Assembly: GCA_038887515.1 (NCBI GenBank)
Contig: JAWAKK010000001.1
Location: 416,001-480,000, forward strand
DNA from: Candidatus Nezhaarchaeales archaeon
GTDB taxonomy: Archaea > Thermoproteota > Methanomethylicia > Nezhaarchaeales > WYZ-LMO8
Direction: 5' to 3'
DNA: 64,000 nt
The notes below the pieces were generated by a model that saw nothing but the letters and a program-made list of their open reading frames with translations, searched no databases and was not told where the DNA came from. Both the position numbers and the translations under genes were made by a program. Shown here piece after piece: positions 20,396-30,162 of the stretch; the first letter of the stretch is position 1, and each line of letters opens with the position of its first letter.

Positions 20396-21132
20396 AGAAA
20401 GTGGTATCCTTAGTCAGCGGAGGACTTGACAGTACGAGTTATGCAGCACTGTGGAAGCATAGAGGCTACGATGTTTACCCAGTAATATTTGATTACGGTC
20501 AAAAAGGACGTAGAGAGGTTGAGGTGGCAAAGAGGTTGAGCATGATTATAGGGTTTGAAGAACCCCTCGTTCTAAACGTTTCATCTCTCAAGAGTGTGTG
20601 GTTGAAAACGCAGCTCCTAGATGAGTTAGTAAAAGTCGAGGAGAACTATAGCCCCACGGTAGTGGTGCCCATTAGAAACGTGGTCTTCATAACGATAGCT
20701 TGCGCGTACGCTTTGTCCATTGGAGCTGATATCGTGGCCTATGGGGCACATCTTAACGATATCGCTACTCGGGCAGATACTGGTGAACCGCTTTATCCGG
20801 ACTGTCATCCGAACGTTGCGTTGGCCTTAGAAGAAATAATAAGAATAGCTCATTTCCCCGTTGGAGCAAAGAAGTTAGAGGTGTGGAGTCCGGCGAGAGA
20901 AGGCTTTACTAAAACTCAGGTTCTGAAGAAGGGTTACGAGTTGCTAGGAGATTTAATATACGAAACTTGGAGTTGCTATCTCAGTGATTCGATCCACTGC
21001 GGTACATGCGAGTCCTGTATTAATAGACATAAAGCATTCATAGAAGCTATGGTTCCAGACAAAACTCGTTATAAAGAACATTCAAAGATTCATGAAAAGT
21101 GTTTTAGTGGAGATTGTGGTGTTAATCCTTAG
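20392..21132 (+). CDS. queC: 7-cyano-7-deazaguanine (preQ0) synthase
   Basis: SGGLDS PP-loop, FDYGQ, VPIRN, YPDC and TWSCY..HCGTCESC zinc site; 4-nt overlap with the transporter gene. Confidence 0.93.
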   Translation: MKKVVSLVSGGLDSTSYAALWKHRGYDVYPVIFDYGQKGRREVEVAKRLSMIIGFEEPLVLNVSSLKSVWLKTQLLDELVKVEENYSPTVVVPIRNVVFITIACAYALSIGADIVAYGAHLNDIATRADTGEPLYPDCHPNVALALEEIIRIAHFPVGAKKLEVWSPAREGFTKTQVLKKGYELLGDLIYETWSCYLSDSIHCGTCESCINRHKAFIEAMVPDKTRYKEHSKIHEKCFSGDCGVNP

Positions 21133-22289
21133 CTTGCTCTTTTCTTGATCTTCTCCTTTGCCCTCTCTTTTGCGTCCTCATCTTCACTTGCTACGATGCC
21201 TACACCCATGAGCCTATTAAAAGCCGAGTTTAAGAATTTTATGTAAGAGCCTCTTTGACCTACAAATGCTCCGAACTCTCCCTTCACTTTTACCATTAAA
21301 TTCGGCCCAGCAAAGTCCACATCGGTTATGTGCTTGTGAATCCATGAAACTGGATGTATAGCCCTTACGATGTCTGCAAAGTTCAGCGTAAGTTCTACTG
21401 CTCTGAGTTTAAGCTGAACCTCTCGCTCAATCTTACTTATCCTATCACCGCTTTTACCTATCAACCTGGCTAGGTACCCTTCTTTAACTACAACAAGGGC
21501 GTCGGGCACGTGCTCAGCAGCTATATCAAAAATCCTCTTGCACTCAATTAAGTCTAAGACAGTTACGATGTCAGCATCCGGTGCATGCATCTTGGCCACG
21601 TCTATTATGTTTTTCTCTACATCGTTTAACGGTCTCTTCCTCATCTTCATTTCAAGAAGTAGCTTAATACCCCTTTTCGCCCCCGGCCTAATTATATCCT
21701 TTAAACCTAAGTCTATTACCTTAGCATAATCTTCGCCCAAAAGTACCTCCCTCAATGTAACCACTCCACTGGGGCTCGTTTCTAAAACGCTTTGCAAAAT
21801 AGGGTCTCCAGCAATTACCAGCTTGCTCTTATGACCAATCCTCATAAATGTCTCTACGACGCATTCAGGCATTATTGCTTGAGCATCGTCAACAAATATT
21901 AGGGTTTTATCAAACGTTCTACCCCTCAAGTAATGTGCATCAGCAAATAGCAACCTACCTTCTTTGGCTACCTTCTCCACGACTTGCCACTCGATGAGGC
22001 TAGTTAAAATGTCTTTAAGATAAGATGAAGCTATGTCGTAGTACAGTTCCCCGGCATCAATTGTTGTGACTTCTCTCCCTGTTACGATGTCTACAACTGG
22101 TTTCACTATGACAAACCTCTGATACTTACCCTCCATAACGCTGTCAATGCCGTAGGTTATGCTCAACAAGCTTTTACCAGTACCTGTAGGACCGAAGACC
22201 CCTATAACTTCGTAAGAGTCGCTTTTCAGAGCTTGAAGTAGTTCTTCTTGCCCTGAACTCTTGGGCTTTACTTTATCGAGCAGGCTCAT
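21129..22289 (-). CDS. PhoH-family ATPase fused to two KH RNA-binding domains
   Basis: GPTGTGKS, YLRGRTF, DDAQ and GDP motifs; IGKSG and VGQRG GxxG loops. Confidence 0.85.
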   Translation of the reverse strand: MSLLDKVKPKSSGQEELLQALKSDSYEVIGVFGPTGTGKSLLSITYGIDSVMEGKYQRFVIVKPVVDIVTGREVTTIDAGELYYDIASSYLKDILTSLIEWQVVEKVAKEGRLLFADAHYLRGRTFDKTLIFVDDAQAIMPECVVETFMRIGHKSKLVIAGDPILQSVLETSPSGVVTLREVLLGEDYAKVIDLGLKDIIRPGAKRGIKLLLEMKMRKRPLNDVEKNIIDVAKMHAPDADIVTVLDLIECKRIFDIAAEHVPDALVVVKEGYLARLIGKSGDRISKIEREVQLKLRAVELTLNFADIVRAIHPVSWIHKHITDVDFAGPNLMVKVKGEFGAFVGQRGSYIKFLNSAFNRLMGVGIVASEDEDAKERAKEKIKKRAS

Positions 22290-22370
22290 AATTGCTCCCT
22301 CCAGTCACTGGTGGTATTATTGTTGTTGGATTAGTGCTTAAATCTATGCAGATGCCAATGGAGGATTAGG

Positions 22371-22394
22371 TCTATGAAGGCAAAGCTTCATAGA
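22371..22394. promoter_or_regulatory. Perfect 9-bp inverted repeat TCTATGAAG-N6-CTTCATAGA between divergent phoH-KH and nreA
   Basis: Read directly from the sequence; function unknown. Confidence 0.35.
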
Positions 22395-22614
22395 TGGAAT
22401 ATCATTACTTAAAAAGTGATGCCTAAATCACGATGGAGATCTTCAACGAAACTTATAGAAGCTTAAGGAAGGAGCCTTAATCTAGGGTTGGCATGTGTGA
22501 AAAACCTTTTTGAAGTTCATGCACGATAATGGCTTAGTAAATTTTGACATTAATGACCATTGGGAGTTGCGTTAACTTTCACAAGCTTTAATATCGTCCT
22601 TGCTAGAAATTTAG

Positions 22615-24003
22615 TTGGAGATGGTTAAGAAATTTAAAAAGTTCGTCAAAGTAGTTAAGACGAGAACTCCTTGGCTAGAGCATGTAATCGAAGACTTCAA
22701 TGACGCTTGCGACTTAAATCAGATAGATTTAGTTATTAGGACACCCTCTGGAAGCATGTGTGTCTACTGTAAGGGCTCTAAATTGCTATGCGGCAAAACT
22801 AGGTGCCCCATATTAGTAAAGGTATATAGCATAACGAAGCTTAGTTCATTTTTAAATTCGCTGGATGTTGTAGGATCATCACCTCCTGCGGCGTTCGTTG
22901 GTCGCCTCGGGTACCCCTACGTCTATGCTGGCCCTCTCGTACCACCCTTCACGGGGGATACCTATATCCTCGATACGCCTGAGCTTTGGCTTAAAGCAAG
23001 CCTACAAGACGTAGTGGATTTCAGGGTGAAGCTTATACGTGGAAAAGCTAGGTTTCACGTGAATGATGCTAACGAATCTCCAAGACTTTTGAGCGACGTT
23101 CAACTAATGGCCATGGGAGTGAGACCCGTTGATTCTGAAATGAAGCTCTTAAAGAAGCCGAGCGCAAGCATACTGCTTGACGACGAAGTACAACCTATGG
23201 GTCCCTCAGCACCTATAAAGGAGCTTAGGATAAGCAACATTAGTACTAACAAGTTAATTGAAAAAGTCGTTAACGACACAGACTTGAAGGCTAAAGATGC
23301 AATCCTTGAATTATATAGAAAGGGGGCACCAGTATCACAAATTCAAAGAGTATTAAGCGTCGGCCTTCTTGGAACTAAAGGAAGGAGGCGGCTTGTACCT
23401 ACGAGGTGGAGCATAACCGCCGTAGATAGCACGATATCCAGAGTCTTGAGAGATGAGAAGGTTAAGGGGATGCCTGAGCTTAATGAATATAGGGTCTATA
23501 GCCTAGACTACATGGACAACAAGTTCGTCGTAATAATGTTCCCTGGGAAGTGGAGCTACGAATCTATAGAGGCTTGGTTTCCTGGAACGACTTGGAATCC
23601 TGAAGGAGGCTCCATAGCTTTCTGCGGTGATTGGGAAGGTTATTGGGGGAGGACTACCTACGCCAGTATGGGAGGATGTTATTATGCTGCGAGGCTAGCC
23701 GTCACTGAGTATCTTGCTAAAATAGGTAGGCAAGCTTCAGTCTTAATTCTTCGAGAGTCTCATCCAGGCTACATAATGCCAGTAGGGGTCTGGATTGTAA
23801 GAGAATGCGTTAGAAGCGCGCTTAGCCGAGGGTATGAGAAATTCGATAATTTAAAGGAAGCGCTTGAAAGAGCCTTCAACAAGCTTTACATAAATCCAAG
23901 GATTTGGATGCAAGTTGGTAAGTTGTTAAGCGATCAAATTAAACAGGAGAGGTTGACGAAGTTCATTAATGAGGGGCCTGAAAGTTCGCGTCGATATCTT
24001 TAA
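22615..24003 (+). CDS. nreA: Nre-family PCNA-interacting DNA repair protein
   Basis: C..CKG.K.LCG..CP, GSSPP..FVG..GYP, LVPTRWSITAVD and GGCYYAARL motifs; C-terminal PIP-like QERLTKF. Confidence 0.9.
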   Translation: MEMVKKFKKFVKVVKTRTPWLEHVIEDFNDACDLNQIDLVIRTPSGSMCVYCKGSKLLCGKTRCPILVKVYSITKLSSFLNSLDVVGSSPPAAFVGRLGYPYVYAGPLVPPFTGDTYILDTPELWLKASLQDVVDFRVKLIRGKARFHVNDANESPRLLSDVQLMAMGVRPVDSEMKLLKKPSASILLDDEVQPMGPSAPIKELRISNISTNKLIEKVVNDTDLKAKDAILELYRKGAPVSQIQRVLSVGLLGTKGRRRLVPTRWSITAVDSTISRVLRDEKVKGMPELNEYRVYSLDYMDNKFVVIMFPGKWSYESIEAWFPGTTWNPEGGSIAFCGDWEGYWGRTTYASMGGCYYAARLAVTEYLAKIGRQASVLILRESHPGYIMPVGVWIVRECVRSALSRGYEKFDNLKEALERAFNKLYINPRIWMQVGKLLSDQIKQERLTKFINEGPESSRRYL

Positions 24004-24038
24004 GCTCTTAAAAATATATTTATTGATGGGCTACAACC

Positions 24039-24461
24039 ATGCCTTATCGAGTCTCTGCAATCAATATTGAGAGGTGTATTGGCTGTTATAGTTGCATGTT
24101 CGCTTGCTCAAGGTTAAGGTTCGGCGAAGTTAGCTTAGCGAAGAGTGCAATTCAAGTTAGATCAGCGGGCGGTATTGAGAGGGGCTTTGTAGTTGTAGTC
24201 TGTAGGGCATGCATTGACCCTCCTTGTGCTAAGAATTGCCCTACAGGTGCTATAGCTCCTCGACCTGGTGGAGGGATAACTTACGATGACTCCAAGTGCA
24301 TTTCGTGTAAGAATTGTTATGAGGCGTGCATAGTAAAGGCGATAGTATGGGATGATGAAAAAAATAAACCAATAATTTGTAGGTATTGCGGTTTTTGTAT
24401 AAAATTCTGCCCACACAACGTCATAGCTCTCGAACACATGGGGAGGGAAGTTTTGACATGA
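24039..24461 (+). CDS. 4Fe-4S dicluster electron-transfer subunit of AOR
   Basis: Four Cys clusters (CIGCYSC, CRAC..PPC...CP, CISCKNC, CRYCGFC...CP); ATGA overlap with the AOR gene. Confidence 0.88.
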   Translation: MPYRVSAINIERCIGCYSCMFACSRLRFGEVSLAKSAIQVRSAGGIERGFVVVVCRACIDPPCAKNCPTGAIAPRPGGGITYDDSKCISCKNCYEACIVKAIVWDDEKNKPIICRYCGFCIKFCPHNVIALEHMGREVLT

Positions 24462-26230
24462 TTGACTCGGGGCTATACAACGTCCTCCACATAGATTTAA
24501 GCGAAGGAAAGTATGAAGTTCATGAAAGAAGAGACCTCTTTGAGAAATACCTAGGTGGGGCGGGCGTTGCGATAAAACTTCTCGAAGAAGAGTGCCCTAG
24601 AAATACCGATCCTTTATCGCCCGATAACCCTATAGTATTTGCTGTAGGACCTTTGACATGTTTCTATCCACTAGCATCAAAAACCGTAGCTATGTTCAAG
24701 TCGCCGTTAACAGGAAATCTAGGTGAAAGCCATGCTGGCGGTAGATCGGCTGTAGCCATTAGATTTGCCGGTTACGGGGCGATAGTAATCAAAGGCGCCT
24801 CGAAAAGTCCAGTTTACATATCAATATTTAATGACAAGGTCAATATAAAGGACGCTACAACTCTTTGGGGGATGAAGTCTAGTTACGCTGTCGGTAGAGT
24901 TTTGAGGGAAGTTGAACCTGCAGCGGGCAAGAGGACAATAATGAGGATAGGGATTGCTGGAGAGAACTTAGTTAAGTACGCTAATGTTATCGTTGAGAGC
25001 TATAGGCACTTCGGAAGGCTTGGGCTTGGTGCGGTATTCGGAAGTAAGAAGCTTAAGGCAATAGTCATTGCTGGCACAAGGAGCATTAAGGTCAACAACG
25101 TCAAGGAGTACACGAAAGTCTACGAAGAAATATACAAGGAAATAACTAAGACCGACGTCATGAGTAAGTACCACATCCTTGGAACCGCTGAGAACGTCTT
25201 ACCCCTAAACGCTATGGGGGCACTTCCAACGAGGAACCTTATGCAAACTAGATTCGAACAGGCTGAGAACATATCGGGCGAAGCGTTGGCGGAAAAGTAC
25301 TTGGTTAGGAAGATAGCGTGTACCCACTGCCCAATAGGATGTATCCACTTGGCATCGCTTAGGATAGCTTTTGCTCCAGGATATGAGTACGAAACCCTCA
25401 TAATACCGTACGACTACGAGCCCATATATTCCTTGGGTTCAATGTTGGGAGTGGGCTCTCCGGAAGGATTGCTTAGACTTATCGAGAAAGTTGATAGCTT
25501 AGGGCTTGATGCCATAAGCGTAGGGGTCGCGATGGCTTGGACAACGGAATCCTATCACCGAGGTATCATAACCGATAAGGAGACCATGGGGTTGAGACCG
25601 AATTGGGGCGAGGATGTTGAGGTCTACATAAGAATGGCCGAGAAGATAGCTAAGAGAGCAAACGAGTTCTACAGCGCCTTAGCTGATGGAGTCGAAGCCG
25701 TAGCGTTAAAGTATGGAGGTCTAGACTTTGCACTTACATGTGGAGGCAACGAAATGCCTGGATATCATACTGGACCAAGTGCCATAGTAGGTTTCTTGAC
25801 GGGAGCGAGGCACTCCCACTTAGATAGTGCTGGATATAGCATCGATCAAAAAGCCTTGAGGACCTCAATGAATGACGAAGAAATGGTAAGACAGCTAGTT
25901 ATAGAGGAGAGATTACGAAACGTCTTGACGAGCCTAGTCATATGTCTCTTCGCCAGAGGGTCGTACAGGCTTGAAAGAATCGTCGAGGCGCTTAGACCTT
26001 TAGGAATCGAAACCACGCCAGAAGAGCTTATGAAGATTGGAGCAGAGATTCAGAGAATGAAGGCTTCGTTTAAGGCTAGAGAGGGCTACAGCCCATATAA
26101 GCTTAGAATAGCGAAGAGGTTCCTTGAAACCCCCACACCTCACGGTAAGCTAACCAGAGAGAGGCTCGAGAGGATGATAGACGTGTACGTCGAGACGTCA
26201 GGGTTAAGAGATCTCTATGGAACTCGGTAG
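24458..26230 (+). CDS. aor: Tungsten aldehyde:ferredoxin oxidoreductase family protein
   Basis: KSPLTG, ESHAGG, GRLGLGAVFGSKKLKA, CTHCPIGC, DYEP and GLDAIS motifs; ATG24458 follows a GGGAGG SD. Confidence 0.9.
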   Translation: MIDSGLYNVLHIDLSEGKYEVHERRDLFEKYLGGAGVAIKLLEEECPRNTDPLSPDNPIVFAVGPLTCFYPLASKTVAMFKSPLTGNLGESHAGGRSAVAIRFAGYGAIVIKGASKSPVYISIFNDKVNIKDATTLWGMKSSYAVGRVLREVEPAAGKRTIMRIGIAGENLVKYANVIVESYRHFGRLGLGAVFGSKKLKAIVIAGTRSIKVNNVKEYTKVYEEIYKEITKTDVMSKYHILGTAENVLPLNAMGALPTRNLMQTRFEQAENISGEALAEKYLVRKIACTHCPIGCIHLASLRIAFAPGYEYETLIIPYDYEPIYSLGSMLGVGSPEGLLRLIEKVDSLGLDAISVGVAMAWTTESYHRGIITDKETMGLRPNWGEDVEVYIRMAEKIAKRANEFYSALADGVEAVALKYGGLDFALTCGGNEMPGYHTGPSAIVGFLTGARHSHLDSAGYSIDQKALRTSMNDEEMVRQLVIEERLRNVLTSLVICLFARGSYRLERIVEALRPLGIETTPEELMKIGAEIQRMKASFKAREGYSPYKLRIAKRFLETPTPHGKLTRERLERMIDVYVETSGLRDLYGTR

Positions 26231-26239
26231 AACAATTAT

Positions 26240-27274
26240 TTAGAAGCCAAGCTTCTCTACGACTGTCCTAAGCTCGCTAGCTGCCCTTTCAGGCGGAACG
26301 GTATTTATGTACATTCCAGAAGTAAGCTCAAATCCGCCGGGTACCATAACTCTTGGGTGGACTTCTATATGCCAATGATAGCTTTCCCCCTTCCATCGTA
26401 GAGGGGCTACGTGAAAACCGTAATTGTAAGGGGGATCGTTTAAGACCTTCTTTAATGCAAGTAGCGTTGCCTTAAGGGCCCTTGAAAGGGCTCTTCTCTC
26501 TTTAGGATAAGTATTTAAGAAGGAAGGTTCGTGTCGCCTTGGTATTATCCAAAACTCATAGGGTAGCACGCTTGCCCAAGGTGCCACGACGACGTAGTGT
26601 TCATCGGCATAAATAAGTCTTGGAGAACATATTTCAAGCTCTATTAAATCACAGTAGATACATCCGCCTCGCTCCCGATTATATCTTCTAGCGACGTCAA
26701 CCTCTCTCTTTACAGTTGAAGGTACGACTGGTAGGGCTATCACTTGGCTGTGAGGATGAGATATTGAGGCACCGGCCTCTGGTTTATAGTTTCTGAAGAG
26801 GCATACATATTTTATACCTCTCTCATAGGACAACTTGGTCATAACTTCAAAGTACGCTTCTACAACTAGCTCAAGACCCCTTATACTATTGTTGTGTGGG
26901 TGAGCTCTATGATCTGGGGACTCGACTATAACTTCATGGTAACCGAACCCGCTATACGACGTAGTTGCAAAGAATAGAGCCTCACCAAGCTTTTCTTCAA
27001 ATGGTAAGTCGCTCTTAAGCGCAGGGAACATGTTCTTAAAGCACCTGATAATCCACTTCTCAACCCTTCCATCTTCCTTATCGAATGTCTTAACTAATTC
27101 GCCGTTTTCGCTACGAGAGTAAACAAGCCATGCTGGAGGAGTTAAATTCTCATTTCCTGGACAAAAAGGACATGAACTTAAGTTCTTCCTATCCTTCGGT
27201 CTCTTCGCCCTATCCGGAGCAATAATTACCCAACGATCTGTAGTAGCATCATGCCTATATTCAGGTTCGCTCAA
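26240..27274 (-). CDS. galT: Galactose-1-phosphate uridylyltransferase (GalT/HIT family)
   Basis: R.KRP, CPFCPGNE, GYHEVIVESP.H, GASISHPHSQ and HWHIE motifs. Confidence 0.9.
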   Translation of the reverse strand: MSEPEYRHDATTDRWVIIAPDRAKRPKDRKNLSSCPFCPGNENLTPPAWLVYSRSENGELVKTFDKEDGRVEKWIIRCFKNMFPALKSDLPFEEKLGEALFFATTSYSGFGYHEVIVESPDHRAHPHNNSIRGLELVVEAYFEVMTKLSYERGIKYVCLFRNYKPEAGASISHPHSQVIALPVVPSTVKREVDVARRYNRERGGCIYCDLIELEICSPRLIYADEHYVVVAPWASVLPYEFWIIPRRHEPSFLNTYPKERRALSRALKATLLALKKVLNDPPYNYGFHVAPLRWKGESYHWHIEVHPRVMVPGGFELTSGMYINTVPPERAASELRTVVEKLGF

Positions 27275-27281
27275 GGTTTCC

Positions 27282-27434
27282 TCAATCCTCCCTCTTGTTA
27301 TGCAATTCCGTGCTCTTAGTGCGAAAAAGCTCCTCTGCCTTAGCTTCTATATCGAAGAGTAGCATTTCTCTTTCCTCATAGCCTTCGAAGCTCCTTAATT
27401 TGACTTTTAGCTTTACGGCCCTCAAATCTATCAA
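27282..27434 (-). CDS. Possible 50-aa charged microprotein upstream of galT (not in the ORF track)
   Basis: TTG...TGA ORF MIDLRAVKLKVKLRSFEGYEEREMLLFDIEAKAEELFRTKSTELHNKRED ending 7 nt before the galT start. Confidence 0.35.
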   Translation of the reverse strand: MIDLRAVKLKVKLRSFEGYEEREMLLFDIEAKAEELFRTKSTELHNKRED

Positions 27435-27537
27435 AATAAATCATATGCACCTGCTATTAAATGCTTGTAGAAGAGGCAATAACTATGTATTCGGTAAGTT
27501 AAAGGTTCAGCCCCCTACTACTTAAGGGGGGAAAGCA

Positions 27538-28032
27538 GTGCTAATAGGTTTAATATCTGATACTCACGACAACTTACCAGCAATAACTGAAGCAGTAAAG
27601 CACTTTAACTCCATGAGGGTTGGATTAGTTCTCCACGCCGGAGACTACGTTGCCCCCTTCACATTTAATGCCTATCGAGAGCTTAAATGCAGACTTGTAG
27701 GGGTCTTCGGTAATGTCGACGGTGATCGAAGGCTTCTACGTGAGAGATTTTCGAGCCTTAACTTCAAGGTTGAAAATGAATTTGAAGAAGTTGAAGTTGA
27801 AGGTACCAAAATAGCGCTACTCCACGGCGTCCACCAACAGATAGTGGAAGCATTGGCTTTAAGCGGTAAATACGACGTCGTAGTTCATGGACATACTCAT
27901 GTTAAGAGGCTTGAACGTATAGGAAAAACGCTCGTAGTAAATCCCGGCGAGACCTGCGGTTACCTATATGGAGTTAAGTCGATAGCTATTCTTGATACAG
28001 CAACACTTAAGGTTGAGTTTAAGGAACTATGA
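27538..28032 (+). CDS. MJ0936/YfcE-family metallophosphoesterase
   Basis: SDTHDN, HAGD, GNVD, HG, HGHTH and NPGE motifs. Confidence 0.92.
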   Translation: MLIGLISDTHDNLPAITEAVKHFNSMRVGLVLHAGDYVAPFTFNAYRELKCRLVGVFGNVDGDRRLLRERFSSLNFKVENEFEEVEVEGTKIALLHGVHQQIVEALALSGKYDVVVHGHTHVKRLERIGKTLVVNPGETCGYLYGVKSIAILDTATLKVEFKEL

Positions 28033-28051
28033 AAATGGGAGGATGAATTAG

Positions 28052-28426
28052 ATGAGCAGTGAAGATTTATGGTTAAAAATGAAGAAGCTAGAACTTCAGC
28101 GAAAACTTCTAGCGTTGACGGCCAAGAAGGATGAGCCTAAGCCTAAAGACCCTTACGAAGTTATAAGACCTCTATTGGAAGAGAGAGCCGATGAAGTCCT
28201 TGAGGCGGCAAAAGCTCAGTTTCCGAGAGTTACAAATGTTGTTGTCGCAGAACTAGCAAAGTTGGTTGAAGCTGGTTTAATAAAGAAGATCACGGGTCCC
28301 TGGTTGATGGGTTTATTCGCAAAGCTAGGTTACAAACCTAGGCTTGAAACTAAGATATCGGTAATTTCTGATGGCAAGATTATGGATTTAAAGGAGAAGA
28401 TATCTAGAACCCTTAAAGAATGGTGA
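28052..28426 (+). CDS. PDCD5/TFAR19-like DNA-binding protein
   Basis: Helical profile with RA.EVL..A..Q.P and R.ETKI motifs. Confidence 0.55.
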   Translation: MSSEDLWLKMKKLELQRKLLALTAKKDEPKPKDPYEVIRPLLEERADEVLEAAKAQFPRVTNVVVAELAKLVEAGLIKKITGPWLMGLFAKLGYKPRLETKISVISDGKIMDLKEKISRTLKEW

Positions 28427-28450
28427 GAAACTTCATAGGCTTAAACAATT

Positions 28451-29854
28451 TCAACAAGCTTTTGCCACTTCTCTAACCTTCTTCAGTCCCCACTCAAGAA
28501 GCATCTTGGCTTCTTCAAGACTTTCTGACTCGACGTAAACCCTCACTACGGGTTCGGTGCCTGAGGGCCTTATGAGAAGCCAGCCCTTCTTGGTTATGAA
28601 CTTCACTCCATCAACCTTCACTGTTCTCTCAACAGGTAGCCCGCCGACGTTATCGAGTTCTAGGTTCAGCAAGGTCTCTCTAACTTCATGAGATCTACCT
28701 ATCTCCACCTTACCTCTTAAGCTGTATAGAAGTTTATACTCTTTACCCAATTCACGGATTAATTCTTCAAGCTTCTTCTTCCCAGATAAAGCCAAGCTCT
28801 CAATTATGTATAGACAAGTTAAAACTCCATCCTTTTCTGGGATGTGCCACTTGTATCCGAAGCCTCCGCTCTCCTCGCCACCCATAATTGCCTCACCCAT
28901 TAGTAGGTGAGGGGCTATGTTCTTGAAGCCTACCGGCACTTCATAAATTCTTATCCCGTTCTTAGATGCTATCTCGTCAACCATGTGAGTTGTAGCGACA
29001 GTCCTAACGACCCCACCTTTAATCCCTTTGTCAAGCATGTGTTTAAGAATTAGTGGAAATAACATGTTAGGCGAGATGTACGTATCGGAATAAGCTGATG
29101 CTCTATCTCCATCGCCATCGGTTGCAAGACCTACATCCATATCATGCATGAAGAGCGGAATATCACTGACTGCTTCAGGCAACGTTGGGTCAGGTATGAG
29201 TCCTCCAAAACTGGGATCTTTATCGTACCGCATGCGTTTGACCTCACACCCAACCCTCATTAAGACCTCGTCTAAGAAGCCTATTGTGGAGCCGTGCATG
29301 TGATTTACGAGTACCTTAAGCCTGGCTTTCCTAATAGCGTCCTTTTCTACTAGTGATAGCATCCAATCGATGTATTCTTCTTTAAAATCTACGTGCGCTA
29401 TTAAACCCTTCTTTTCAGCGTCCTTAATGCTCATAGTTCTAGTGCTCGACTTAAAAATCAACTTTTCGACTTCCTGCGTTATTTCAGATGAAGCAGGACC
29501 TCCATAGTGAGGTATAAACTTTATCCCGTTGTATTCAGGAGGATTATGAGATGCAGTGATCATAACGGCTCCTCCAGCCCTAAGTTTGACGGTTGCAAAA
29601 GCGACTAGAGGCGTTGGGACATCGCCTTCAACCATGTAAATCGGAATGCCATTCCCGGCGAAAACTTCAAGGCAAGCCTTAGCGTATGCCTTCGAATTCC
29701 TCCTAGAGTCATACCCTATAACTACGCCGTACTTAGCTAACCCTCTACTACTAATATAATCGGCTATCGCCTGAGCAACGACCTTGACCTTGTCAACAGT
29801 GAAATCCCTATCCATAACCCCCCTCCAACCGTCGGTACCAAACTTTATGGTCAA
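28451..29854 (-). CDS. Phosphoglucomutase/phosphomannomutase
   Basis: FGTDGWRG, TASHNP, DGDGDR, GGEESG and RPSGTEP motifs. Confidence 0.95.
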   Translation of the reverse strand: MTIKFGTDGWRGVMDRDFTVDKVKVVAQAIADYISSRGLAKYGVVIGYDSRRNSKAYAKACLEVFAGNGIPIYMVEGDVPTPLVAFATVKLRAGGAVMITASHNPPEYNGIKFIPHYGGPASSEITQEVEKLIFKSSTRTMSIKDAEKKGLIAHVDFKEEYIDWMLSLVEKDAIRKARLKVLVNHMHGSTIGFLDEVLMRVGCEVKRMRYDKDPSFGGLIPDPTLPEAVSDIPLFMHDMDVGLATDGDGDRASAYSDTYISPNMLFPLILKHMLDKGIKGGVVRTVATTHMVDEIASKNGIRIYEVPVGFKNIAPHLLMGEAIMGGEESGGFGYKWHIPEKDGVLTCLYIIESLALSGKKKLEELIRELGKEYKLLYSLRGKVEIGRSHEVRETLLNLELDNVGGLPVERTVKVDGVKFITKKGWLLIRPSGTEPVVRVYVESESLEEAKMLLEWGLKKVREVAKAC

Positions 29855-30162
29855 AATCTCTCACCATTAAGATTGAGAATACTAAGGTCTCATAATAACT
29901 TAAGCTTGCAAAGAGATAAAATGTCTTGTGTTACCATTCAAATCATTAACGAATCCCGCTATTTCCCAAAGATGCTATTTTAAGCTCCACATAGCTAGCT
30001 ATAATGTCTTAGGCAACTAAATTATAGTCCATGCGATCAGCGACGTTACACGATAATAATTTAAAGCGTTCATAATTACAGATTTTTTGCGGTAAACTGC
30101 AAAAATGTTATAAGTTTATCACCTTATTACTCCTTTAAAATACACAAAGCCTGTGTGTAAAT

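Noticed and set aside
20392-21132. QueC as part of an anti-phage (Qat/CBASS type IV) or DNA-modification (Dpd) system
   Set aside because: No TatD, ATPase, cyclase or TGT-like neighbours; the YhhQ context indicates tRNA-modification precursor metabolism
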